DNA of 55,818 nucleotides from Kondoa subrosea (lineage: Eukaryota). The DNA lies in assembly GCA_039545335.1 (NCBI GenBank), contig BCIN01000008.1, forward strand, positions 1,065,528-1,121,345, in the 5' to 3' direction. The notes below the pieces were generated by a model. The model was not told where the DNA came from, did no database searches, and saw nothing but the letters and a program-made list of their open reading frames with translations. Position numbers and translations under genes: made by a program. Positions 11,924-23,731 of this stretch are shown one piece after another; within the stretch, counting starts at the first letter, position 1; every line of letters begins with the position of its first letter.

Positions 11924-14165
11924 ATGAGCTCTCCTTTGTTCGCCGTGGATCTGACTCCCTCATTCTTCCTTGTCACAGTTCCCCTCGCTTCAATCGCTGT
12001 GCGTTTTCGCTTACCCCGCTTTGCATACTTAATTCTCATCGGCAATTCTGACAGGCCTATGCAGCCTATTCCATCTATGTAGCATTCTTTGGAGCTGTGT
12101 CTCATGTTCCTGGACCAATTCTCTGCAAGTTTACCGGTTTGGTGGATGCATATCAAACTTTGGTTGCGGGAAAGAGATCAATGTGGATTCACGAAGTTCA
12201 CGCGCGATACGGTCGGTCAAATGCTGCTGCCGTATTGCTTTGAAACTAATGCAGCGATTTGCTTTAGGTCCCGTGGTTCGCATTTCACCAAATCTCGTCT
12301 CTATCAACGATTCGACCGCTCTCAAATCTGTCTACGGAGGCAAATTCCCCAAGAGTGAACCTCGCTATTTCGGAAAACACATGGATGGAACAGAGGTGAG
12401 CAGCTTTCTTGTTCGGAGATTCGCACAAGCTAAGATCTGCCTTCAGCACATGTTGATTATGAACACGTACGCTCCTGTCGTTACGCAGTGTATTGTTGCA
12501 CAAAGACTTATGTATCACTGCAGACACGAAAAATTCCGAACTCGTCGCAATATCCTGCTTCCTCTGTTCCAGCGCAGCAACTTAGAATCGTTTGAGCCTG
12601 ATCTTCAGATGTACACTCAGATCTTCCTTGAACAAATCGAAAAAGAGCAGAAGGAAGAAGGGAGTGCTGATGTATTCCGCTGGTTCCGTTTGGTGGCTTT
12701 CGATATCATTTGCTCGCTCGCTTATGGTGTAGACATGGGCATGACTAAAGATGGCAAGAAGTATGTACTGCCTTCTTTATGTCGACCTTGGATCTGATTC
12801 ACTGGTCGCAGAAATCGATTGGTTGAGCTTATGGAACAAGTCTACGTCTATTGTTGGTCATCTTCTCGTTCTCGCACTATCCAGTGTTGACTGGTCTTGC
12901 CTTGTAGTCACCCTCAAAGACTTCGTTCGCGGAATCATCCCAATTGCTGAAAGTGGCATATCGTCGAAGCTCAAAGACATCAGCATGGCCGAAAAGAAAT
13001 TCGTTGCTTACGGAGAGAAGTTGTACTCAGAAGGCCTCGAGCAGGGTCGCTATGGTCATGAAGATGGAGGCAAGACCAACTTACTCGACTCTTTGCACAG
13101 AGCCTCTGAAGTTGATAAATCAATCACAAGAAAACACGTCGCAACTGAAGCTGGTGCCATTCTCATCGCTGGATCGTACGTTCACCTGGTCTTCCTTTTA
13201 TATGTGTCTTACCACGAGGATGTAGAGACACCACTTCCACCGCTATGACTTGTGAGCCCTTCGCGCCGGCTTGTATCTGGCGCATTTGAACTGACTTCGG
13301 TAATAGATGCATCTTGGGAACTCGCACGCAACCCGGCATTACAGCATAAGCTCAGAGAAGAACTCAAGACAGTGTCAGATGTCCTCAGCTTCCCAACAGG
13401 CAAAGCTCTCGAGTCCCTTCCCTTGTTCAATGGTTTCCTTAAGGAAGTACTTCGTTTATGGCCAACCCGTATGTTTTCTCCATCTTCTTCCGATTGTGCT
13501 GATTCCTCTTCACAGTCCCTGGTCCTCTGGAACGTCGAGTACCGGAAGGTGGTACAACACTCGCTGGTATCTCACTCCCTCACAACACGGAAGTCACAAT
13601 GTAGGATCCAATCAAGAGTTCGATTTTTAAAGCTAATGCATCGAATCAGGCAAGCTTACGACATTCATCGCGATGCAGCCACCTTCCCTGATCCGCTAGC
13701 ACTCAAGCCAGAGCGATGGTTGAAAGAAACATCTGCAATGAAAGAGAATTTCATTCCGTTAGTCAATTTTTGACGTCGAATATGATTGGAGTGACTGATT
13801 CGTCGTCTATTTAGCTTCTCATACGGACCTAGGAATTGCGTAAGTTTCCATTCACTCATCTACATGAGCTAGGCTCATTTCTCACTCCAGGTTGGCATGA
13901 ATCTCGCCTGGATCGAAATCAGAACTCTCATGGGCGCCATTATCCGCCGATATGACATAACCCTCGACCCAAAGACAACAGAGCAGTCAATGTATCGTGA
14001 GTTTCCATTGGTCTGCATACATTTACCTCTCTTACTAATGTTTGCAGCTGTCGAGCACTTCTTCGTTGTGCCAAAAGCTATGGGTGAGTGCGCCGATTCT
14101 AATGAGGTTCATACTCATCCCCACTTTCAGAATGCCGATTGCGCTTCAGGAAGCTTTCCGAGTGA
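11924..14165 (+). CDS. Cytochrome P450 monooxygenase (resembles benzoate 4-monooxygenase/CYP53-clan type)
   Basis: N-terminal membrane anchor, VPGP, HARYGPVVRISPN, I-helix AGSDTT, ExxR (EVLR), PERW, heme motif FSYGPRNC|VGMNLAW spanning an intron; stop TGA at 14163-14165. Confidence 0.92.
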
Positions 14166-14503
14166 AATTGTGGGATGTCTTGGGATCTATTTGATTATGA
14201 ACGATTGTAACATCATGTGCTTTCTCTCATTATTCATTGCAGAGTGCTCTATACCTGTACTCTTCTGCTGCGTTTGCTTTCTCCTTGGCTAGAACTGTTC
14301 TGCCAAAGGATCCTTCGGAATTCTCAAATCTTGCAGCGATCTTTGTACTTTGGATCCAGCTGTAGCGGTACTCTAAGGTCGTCATCCTCTAACTCTCAGA
14401 AAGGTACACCAGCATGTCGAATACGCAAAGGCTATCTTCCTCTCTAGCTATGGCTCAGCATCGCCTGATTGCCCAAAAGCAATGCGCCAATCGAAAGCCT
14501 CTG

Positions 14504-15852
14504 ATGCCTTCACTGCAGCATCTCCTCGTCTTCCTTTCTCTGTTAGCTGCACCGAAATGGCTCGAGAAGCGTCACAAGATCTCTGCTCTGTCGTATCTTC
14601 CTGTCCTTCTCTACGCGGCGCGATTCATCTATGCAGAAGCTTTACGGCATGTACGACTCCAACGACCTCCGCCTGGTCCTGCTTTGTCTTCGCTCACCGG
14701 TACAATTCAACGAATACGAATGCATTTGGGTTTAGATAGAAATGCTTTGGTCTATCTTCCACGAGATCGAAAGCCAAAACCTGCATTGCTGCTGGCCTTC
14801 CATGGAAGCTTGGAATCTGGAGAGTCAGTTGCTCATATCTCCTCGTAATAAAATCAACAGCTCATCTGCTGTAGTATCTTCCGATGTTCGACGACCGGAT
14901 GCAGATTGGACCAATTAGCGGATGAGCGAGGCTTCATTGTAGCTTATCCAGATGGTACGTTATGCATTGTTCAACTATTATCAGAGGACTGAAAAAAATA
15001 CTCAGGCGTAAAGGGCAATTGGAATGTAGATGGTCAATTACCTTGTTGTGCGAGACTCAATTTTGAATAGGACGGAAGACAAGGAGGAGCGTATCTTGCG
15101 AAAGAGCTCAACATCAACGACGTAAACTTCGTTAAACAGCTGATAACGAGAATCGATGAAGAGATAGGCATCGATAGTGAAAATGTCTTTGTGATTGGCT
15201 TCAGCAAGTTAGTAGCTAGAATGCAGGCTTTTTGAAGCTGTGCTCATGCGATTTTAGTGGTGGTCACTTCTGCCTTCGATTGCTGGCCGAACTCGGTTCA
15301 CCTACTATCAGAGCAGGAGCATCTATAGGCGCCAATCTTGTTCCGGAACAAAGCTCTGTTGTTGACTACTCGATCAGCGATACGAGCTCAGATCCTTTCC
15401 CTGTCGTTCTCCTGAACGGCACCAAGGATCCAATCATACCATATGCAGGAGGTGAAGGAGCCCTTTGGACTGCTCCATTTGGTCTTTATCAATACGGCAA
15501 GCGGGGTGTGCACCTTAGTTGCAAAGCTACTGCTCTGAGATTGGCGAAACGATGGGTTGATCAAGAGGAGATCAAGATCAATCCTTCTAGTACAGAAACA
15601 ATGGAAGTCATAGATCTGTCAAATGGAGATGGGAAACTTCTAGTACGCTCTATTGGGCTTAAAGGAGAAGGTCACGTATGTTTGTGCTTCGGCCGTTTTG
15701 CACACTGAAGCTGATCAAACTCGACACAGCGTGTATCTCACATAGCCCCTTACGACTCTTGTCCTTCGGCATATGGTCCGCGCAAGACAAATCTAGATGC
15801 ATGTGCGGAAATCCTCAAGTTCTTCGATGAGATTGCTCCAGGAAGTTTGTAA
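14504..15852 (+). CDS. Alpha/beta-hydrolase esterase of LpqC / PHB-depolymerase / feruloyl-esterase type
   Basis: PALLLAFHGS, DQLADERGFIVAYPDG, GNWNDGR, NDVNFV, nucleophile elbow IGFSNGG (spliced), LNGTKDPIIPYAGG, GEGH; start could alternatively be ATG 14450 or 14414. Confidence 0.85.
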
Positions 15853-16172
15853 CAAAGTAATTTAATGATTGTAGCTTCATGTGCTTGCTGTTAGTCATTG
15901 TAGGGTGTGCTTTGACTGCATTTCTGCTGTTGCGCTCGCTTCTCGACTGGCTAGAATCGTGTCACTGAATGAAAAGATATGGAATGCATAGTTTATTAAT
16001 GATGACCCAATACTCAAGAGATATACAGTGAAATAGGGTATAATGAGCAATCATGATGAGTTCCGGCGCTTCGGGGCAGAAATCCCAATCTCCTTCTCTA
16101 CTCGTTGCTTTTTGCTGTTAAGTTGCGTGTTTCTCTTTCAGTTCTTTGGTGAGTTCACTCCAAGCACTTCCG

Positions 16173-17168
16173 CTAACTCGTTTCGGCAGCTTCAACGTTT
16201 GCGGGACTTTGGCCTGATGCAGAAAATCAGCCAAAGCTAGACTCACAGGATGATAAGACATGCTCTAGCGATACCTCCAGGTCGGATCTGCTCGAGCGTT
16301 TCTCTCCATGCATCGGTTTCGACTCCTTTTTCTCGCCTTGACAGTCGGGCAGCTAGAAAAGGCTGCATCAGTCGACTTGCTGCGGTATAGCAACCTTACG
16401 TACGCGGGTTATCGGTCATGAGATAATCATAGAGCAGCTTCTGCACCGCAGCAGGCCACTCGGAGAAAGCAGGCTGAAATTCGACCAGATTTTCTTCCTC
16501 TTTCTTTTGGCGACGGAGAAGGTTACGAACGACATAGCGTTGCCACTAATACATATCTTCATCAGCATAGTGAAGAAGAAGATTTGCATAAGTAGATGAC
16601 TTGCTCTCCATAATCGCATTTGACCTGCTCGATCATCAGTTTGGCAAACAATACTAGCCTGTTAGACTCACGTTGACGATCGAGGTGCGTGAGAACTCCG
16701 AAGTTCCAGCTTCGTAAGGTATTCCCTCCACTGCTTTGTTTGTCATGCAGATCGCAAACGAGTCTCCAGCTATTTGCATAGGGTAAGATACAATCCAACA
16801 TTTGGGAAAAGAGCGACATACGAATAGGCATAGCTGTGATCATTCATGAGCATGTGTGATCATATGAAGGCCTTACAATACTCACAGAAGCAGCTCCTCT
16901 TCAAGGAATCGAAATAGGAACACTCGAGTAGTTCATCTCCCTGCGATTCTGCGAAGTATCTTGAATATCTGTGTTAACGTCGACGTCGAGATGATCCTAC
17001 CATCTCGCCAAACTAGTCGAACTCGCTCAACATCCTGCCAGTTATGCAGTAAGACAGTTCCATGACGCAGCAATGACTACAACGCACAGTTGATACACCT
17101 TTGTTTCCGTCTGTTTCAAAAGGAAACGCGTCGAGCAAAGCCTCGAGTTCGGCAAGAGCTGAAGACAT
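16173..17168 (-). CDS. Hypothetical multi-exon protein, no recognisable domain
   Basis: ATG at 17168 (MSSALAELEALLDAFP), minus-strand GT..AG introns, in-frame 3' exons ...EFQPAFSEWPAAVQKLLYDYLMTDNP / ARLSRREKG...; middle exons not resolved. Confidence 0.45.
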
Positions 17169-17434
17169 TCTTGTGTTCCCAGTACGCTTCAATGGAAGAA
17201 AGCTAGAGGCACTTGATGACGAAACAGCTGGAGACGAGAGCGCTCTCTCTCTCTGTGTCTAGTACGATTGTGCCAGACAAACAAGAGACACAGATACGGT
17301 TGAGAGCGACCAGCCAATTGCAGCCAATTGCAGGACAACCTTCCAAATAATTCGAGCACGCCTGTACATGTTCTTTCGAAACCGAATTCATCAACAGCTG
17401 GGCTGCCTCGTGTGGACGCTCAGAGCATTCAAAG

Positions 17435-20400
17435 ATGCAGCAAGAGAGACCTAGACCAGTCTCCATGCATGAAGGGCTGCTGAGAACGACTCAATCGCTC
17501 GGACCAGCACCTTCTCTGCCTGACTTCTCGCAAGATCAGGAGCTTGTCGTTCCAGCAACAAGTCAAGAGACTGTCTCTTACTATGCACTACCGCAGGAGA
17601 GGACAACTGCAGACTCTTTGAATTCTGTTAGTAATGTAATGTGCTTCGAACAGGTGCAAGCTTGTCGACTTACAAGTGTGCTCAGGAATCTCTTGACTCT
17701 CTCAAATCAGCTCAGCATACATTTCTATCAACTCTGAACGATATTGTTCTGAAAGTCGGGCCTGCTCAAACTTTCAGCGCTTCAACCTCCACTTCCATAC
17801 AAACTCAAGTTCTGTACAATCTCAGATCAGCTGTAGCAAACGTAGCACCTGATACAGAAATGGTCTCTCTGGGCATGAGCACAGAGCAATCTACTTCTTC
17901 AGTAGGCGAACTCAATGCGCTGACTGAACGCTTGGCCGGAAGCCTGCAACCTGCGGAAGCCCAACTCATCACAGCATTAGCGGCTCTAGTTAGTTGTCTA
18001 GAAAGACTTCTTGAGCTTTCAAGTTCCGCAAAAGATCTTTCGACTATAACAACGCTAAATTCGCTTGCAATAACACCAAATCCCTCATCTTCTCGGCTTG
18101 ACTCTTCCCAAACCTCATTTGAACAGAAGCAGAACATGTTCATGACCCTTCAGAAGCAAGCTCTGGCTCTTCAAGCTTCAAATCGGCACCGACAGTCCCT
18201 TTCACCTGACGGAATACTGGAAGTACGCGAAGCGGAAATATCTCTCCTCTGGTCTCGTATCGACGAATTGCTTGCAAGAATACATACTCTTTCTCAAAAT
18301 CATCAAACGCCAGAAGCTGGCTTTGAGTTTCGCTATACCAAGTCCAAGGATTACGAACCTTCTATTTCTGAATACTCACTTTCTGATCTCCCTACTTATT
18401 CTGATGAACAAATCAATGGTACAGAATCTCTACTACCGCCATCTTATCCGCAAGAGAAATCACCGAGTCGCAGCAGGAATGAAAAGCTACAATACGATCT
18501 AGAAAGTCTTTCTGATGCGATTGAAAGACTGCATGCTGTTTCGCCTCAGCTTCATAATCAACGAGTAGCACCAATCTCACCTCAAGACAGAGATAAGATT
18601 CGTCAAGGACAATTGACCAAACTTTCTACTGCTATTGAACGATTAAGTAAAGGAAGATTGGAAGATCAGAGAGCTGTTTTACCTATTGTTGAACCGTTGA
18701 GCGAAAGAGCAAAGGAGAAGATGAGGTTGCAAGAATTGGATTCGCTTTGGGATTCAATTGGGAAAGCGAATGGAAGAAGTTTGGTTGATCAGAGAGTTGC
18801 GCTTGGTGCAAAGAAAGATGGGAAATGGGCTGCGAAAGAGGTGTGTGATATGATCATACTATAATGATTAGAATTGACGATGGTTCTCTCGAACAGACAC
18901 ATATCGATTCCGAAGAAATGGCTCGAAGAGAACATATATTGACAGCTGTTGGTGCAGGTCGAATGAAGCAGCAAGATGCACGATTATCCTCTTCAAACAG
19001 TCGCGGTCGTATGCATCGATCCAATTCTATGCCTATGCCATCTGCAAATGAGAGCTGGACTCTCACTCAAGGTACACTTCTCATCTTCTTGCTTTAGAAA
19101 GGTATTGAGCGCTGATCAGCTTCTGTACAGAGCTTCAAATGGGTGGCGCAGACTCAGTCAAACCTTGGCACGATCATCGTGAACATCTGGACGGAGTCGG
19201 AGCCTGAATGTGAAGCAGATTGGAAAGTCGAAAGATTGGTCGAGAATCGGATATCACTCAACTGTGATGGAAGAATCATAGAGATAGCTCTTCCCGTTGC
19301 TATACAACCTCACGAAGAACCGACCATAATTGATCAGTCACAAGGTGTTCAGCTCAAACTCAAGACTATTGCTCGAGATTTATCATCTGAACCTGATCAA
19401 GAACCTTTAGATATACGCTTTCTTCAGTCCAATCCACCTTCTTCTTTCTTATGTGCAAATTGTGATCAGCCATTTGTGAAATATGTCGAATCATTACCTG
19501 TATATGCTGCACTGCCATCCGAACATTGGGCTGAGCTCATCGATGTCGCATGGATTTGTCATCAAGATCAAGAACTAAACCAGAACATCAAAGACCGGAA
19601 CGCTGGCTTTTGGCCTGACGAGCGAGATGTTTTTGTCGCATCGAATTATTTTCTCTTCCCAATGTCAGCAGTGCAGAATGTGTCCGCAAACAGAACTAAA
19701 GAAGTGAGTTTCGTAAAATCTGCGATTGCCTCAATGTCCTCGTCCCGGACTTCAAAGAAACTCTTCGGTCGACTCTTTTCAGTGCCATGAGAAGCTCTTG
19801 CTAGTTTTTCATTACCGCTGTAAACCTTTCACGACTCGATGCGGTGATACAAAAGTCCTATAACGATCCTCAAATGCTTCATTGTTTCTATTCGTAGTGC
19901 TTTGATGCAATCCTCTGACTGATCTCTTCGATTGGAGCTCTTGCTCGTAAGGGACTACATGAGAGGAAACATGCTGACGTAATGTTTCTTTTGTGAACAG
20001 CCAACGCTTTCTTGGAATGCCTACTGGTTTCCAGCTACATGTACCTCCTGTGAATCTGTCCTTGGTGAAATAGCTATCGATACTACTGGTAAAAATTCCG
20101 GCGGCAAAGCTATGCGTGCGCGAAAGTATGCTTTCAAAGCACTGCTTGCAAGCGGGAGGTGAGAAAAGTTGCTGTCCATGTTCAATGGCGCGAGACTTAA
20201 CTTTGTACAGCTCTTACGCTGTACCGCTCGATAACCATGTCGCGAGCGTAATGCTGGATCTTTCTCGGGCTCATGCCATTCATCGTTTCGTTATTGAAGA
20301 TGAGGATGCTTCACCAAGGATCTTCGTAGGTCCTGTGTTTGCAGGTAACTAGGACAGAGCTAACTGACTCGATGCAGGTCTGGCTGTTCAATCCTTCCGT

Positions 20401-20686
20401 AGCAATCACTTCTTCCGCATTCGATGGTTCTACTTCAGCGATGACTGTCTTCTATGCTTCTATAACAAGGTACGTATGTTAAAGGTCACTCGAACGCAGC
20501 GCTGATGCACTTTGCAGCGAAAGTGAGGCAATCTTTACTGATGGCGAGCAATTCGAACGGCTCGATTTTCCGTCAACTATTTGCGACAAGCTACTGGCTA
20601 TTCTAGAAGAATCTTCTACATGGCTACCTCCTTCTCAACGCGTGTTCGGGAAGTATATGAGTGGTTTTTTGCGAAGTATGAAGTAA
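17435..20686 (+). CDS. HECT-like E2-binding protein (HECT_2; IPA1/UBE3D-like) with long N-terminal extension
   Basis: FLCANCDQ, YAALPSEHWAELIDVAWICH, TCTSCESVLG, AHAIHRFVIED, VWLFNP, C-terminal LEESSTWLPPSQRVF. Confidence 0.8.
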
Positions 20687-20899
20687 TAAGCGTCGAACAG
20701 GAATAGGCAGCGCAGATCTGATATGATTGCTGCGGGAGCAATGTGATACTCTAATCCTTCAACTCATCAGCCACTTGCAGCTCTTGTGTTTTCTTGATTT
20801 GCTCTGTTGTTTTGCTCGACCATCATTTGCCGGGTTGACTGCCACCGCTTTGAACGCTTCCTACTTCGAGACTGTACCTACTCGACATTGGATCCACCG

Positions 20900-22337
20900 A
20901 TGCCTATCACCGGAGCGGTTGCTCGTGTTCCTCTTGAGCTTGTTAGACAAATTGTCATTGAGGTTGTGAATTCACTTGACGAGCGAGAGGGCAAGCACTT
21001 CTTGTGCACGTCGCTCTTGTTGGTCAATAGTATGTCTGGCTTTCATTAAGCTATGCTTGAAACTCAGCGTTTCTCTTGTTTTGCAGAAGATTTCTGTGAT
21101 TGCTTGTCCTGTTAAGCTTTGGGCATTGGCTAATGCCATTCTCTGCTTGGTTGTAGATGCAGCAAGTCTATCTGAGCTCTACCATACCATTGATGTGTCT
21201 GAAGGGAGACAAGAGATCTTGCGAGGACTAGAAGCTGTACTTTAGTCAAAAAGGCTATTTGGGATCTTGGTCTGCGTCTCGAATACGATCATGAGGCAGG
21301 AGACTATAAAGGCAATTACACCAATTTTGATCGTGCAGTTCGAGGTGGCCAATTGCGTTGTTGTCGAAGCTTGGATATTCTTCAACTCTTGCCTTGCCTC
21401 AAATCGTTGGAGATCCGAATCGAGTATAAAGGATGGGTCGAACGCGGAGAGACCATCATCTACTCTGACTTTCCAAAAATTGAACACCTCACCTTGCCAA
21501 CATTGGCAAATCTTCGTGGTCTTCCTTTTCTTACTACTCTCAACAACGTCAGCATATGGATGTGGAATTCCGACTTAGAAGAATTGCCAGCTCCTTATTT
21601 CTTTTCATGGCTTCGGGAATTGCCTAATCTCTCCAAGCTTCACCTTCACAATACTCTATTAGAAGAATCTCGTGATCGCCGTAATCCACCTTTGGAACTT
21701 CCAAGTGTGCACACATTGAAGCTGTCAAATTATGCTATTCATTGGCAAGACGAAGATCACCCTTATAGTGAATATGAGCCTCTTGTTCAATTGATTACCG
21801 CGCCTAAGCATCGCATCTCGACGCTCGATATCGATATTCTGGAGGATGAGCTTGTGCCTGGTCTGCAAAACTTGTCTACCCTTATCGTCCGCGTAGGATG
21901 GAAGCCCAACGTATTTTCACAAGCGCTTCCTCAACTTCTGATTTGCAAATACCTGACCCTACAATGGTCCTTTTAGGTATTGGAGATTGCGGCACCAGTC
22001 CGAAAACATGTTCGAGAACTTACTGGAAGCCCTTAGACTGCCAGATTGTCTTCCCCTACTGGACAAGCTGGTGCTGGCTTTTGATAAGCTAGAGTTACCA
22101 GCACAAGTGTTGGATCTTCTGTTGACAGTTCTCGCTTGCCCAATTTCCACTATTTGGTGGTCGAGAACGAACTCCAAAAGGCTGAAATTTGGAGGATCTG
22201 TGGATCGACTACGATACACGTCAAGGGATCTAGTTCTTACAAGAAAGGCAATTTCAATCTTGAATACCATATGGGCGATGGACATCCTTGGTTGCAAAGA
22301 GAAGGAAATTTTCTCTTTCGTCGACGAGAGGAGGTGA
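20900..22337 (+). pseudogene. F-box-like / leucine-rich protein with two apparent frameshifts (pseudogene or sequencing errors)
   Basis: N-terminus RVPLELVRQIV..., then LYHTID; reading frame breaks near 21240 and 21975; LxxLxL repeats (LKSLEI, LSKLHL, VHTLKL, LDKLVL). Confidence 0.55.
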
Positions 22338-22878
22338 GGTCAGACGTACTTATTCAAGTTGAACCTACTGATTGCCTTACGTCAGTGCCTTGTATGAATC
22401 TATGAGCCCTTAGCTCTGCATTTACTCTCTGAATTCTGGTAGAATGCAATTCTCGCTTGCCAAGCTCTTTCATTCAACATCAATCGACTCTTGTCGTGAC
22501 CCTTGATTCATGTTTCGACTGCTAGGGGTCGCAGAGAGGAGAACTGTTAGATGTATGGAGTGGTCAGAATGAGGAACTATCCCGGATCCAGGTCATGTAA
22601 GAGAGCGAAGAGATGTTTATGTAATGAGTCAAGCAATGTTGGAACACGTTTGAAAACCTACTTGATAAAATGGGCTTTGCTATAGGATGTCAAGGTTCCC
22701 CTCTCCTCGAAATTAGACTATGACGCATAACATAAGCACTTTGAAGTTCGTGAAATCCAGTTCGGTGCTTAAACAACCGCTTCGCTGCAACCATCGTTAC
22801 CATAAACAAGATCGATCACCTGACTTTACCTATATCAATCGCTCGCATAATTCTAAAGGCTATCTTTCGTGATTGGAA

Positions 22879-23609
22879 ATGACAGAATCTACTCCATCTG
22901 TACAAACTCTGCCTCCAGAAGCTATAGCATTTGCTCATGCCCAGTTCGATCGAGCGCGCAATGGTACATCCGTTATAGTACTGCTAGTCTTTGAAGCTTA
23001 TGCTTGATCAAAGGCGATGAACTCCTCATGGAATACATCCAGGCTGGTCGTCAGTTTCATTGCTTTGTCACAAGACTAGGCTCACATATATTCAGTGCCT
23101 GTTAATATGACGAATGACGCTGGGAACAGTCTGGTATTACTACGATCTTGGTCAATTCTGCTCTTCTGAGATGTGGTTCAGGTCATGCTCGCTTCATACG
23201 CTGGGCACGCATCACTGGTGAAGAAGCTACTAGAGAAGGGTAAGTGCCATACTCCGATGCTATGAGGCTGCTCAGTCTTCTTGCAGGAGCGGATCCGAAT
23301 CGATTGAATGATCGAGGACAGGTAAATGCTCGGCTGTGAGCATTTGGACTCAATTGAGGCTGGCTTCTAGACACCTCTGGCTGGGGTATGCTTCAAGGGA
23401 TACCTAGACGTAGCAAAAGCGTGAGCCGGCTGTTCAACCTTCTTTGATTCAAATGCTAAATCATCTTGCCAAGACTGGTTGAAGGTGGTGCTGATCCTAA
23501 TCTCGGTACACCAAACGCAATCGATACCGCAAAGATGTTCAAGCATGAAGAAATCATCAAATTGCTTGGCAAGCAAAACAACAATGGTCTACCTGAGGCA
23601 GATAGGTAG
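22879..23609 (+). CDS. Small ankyrin-repeat protein
   Basis: LPPEAIAFAHAQFDRARNG..., PVNMTNDAGN, LLAGADPNRLNDRGQTPLAG, LVEGGADPNLGTPNAIDTAKMF. Confidence 0.85.
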
Positions 23610-23731
23610 TCGGTGACAATATGTGAAGGTGCATTAGAATGATATGAATGTATTATGATTGTATGAAATGAAATGACATGATTATTATGGCAAATTACTA
23701 TGAATGGAAATCTCGATTTGGGGTTTTCAGT

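Noticed and set aside
45..15852. Secondary metabolite biosynthetic cluster
   Set aside because: No PKS, NRPS, terpene synthase or RiPP precursor in the window; the dioxygenase plus FAH content favours catabolism, though a backbone gene upstream cannot be excluded
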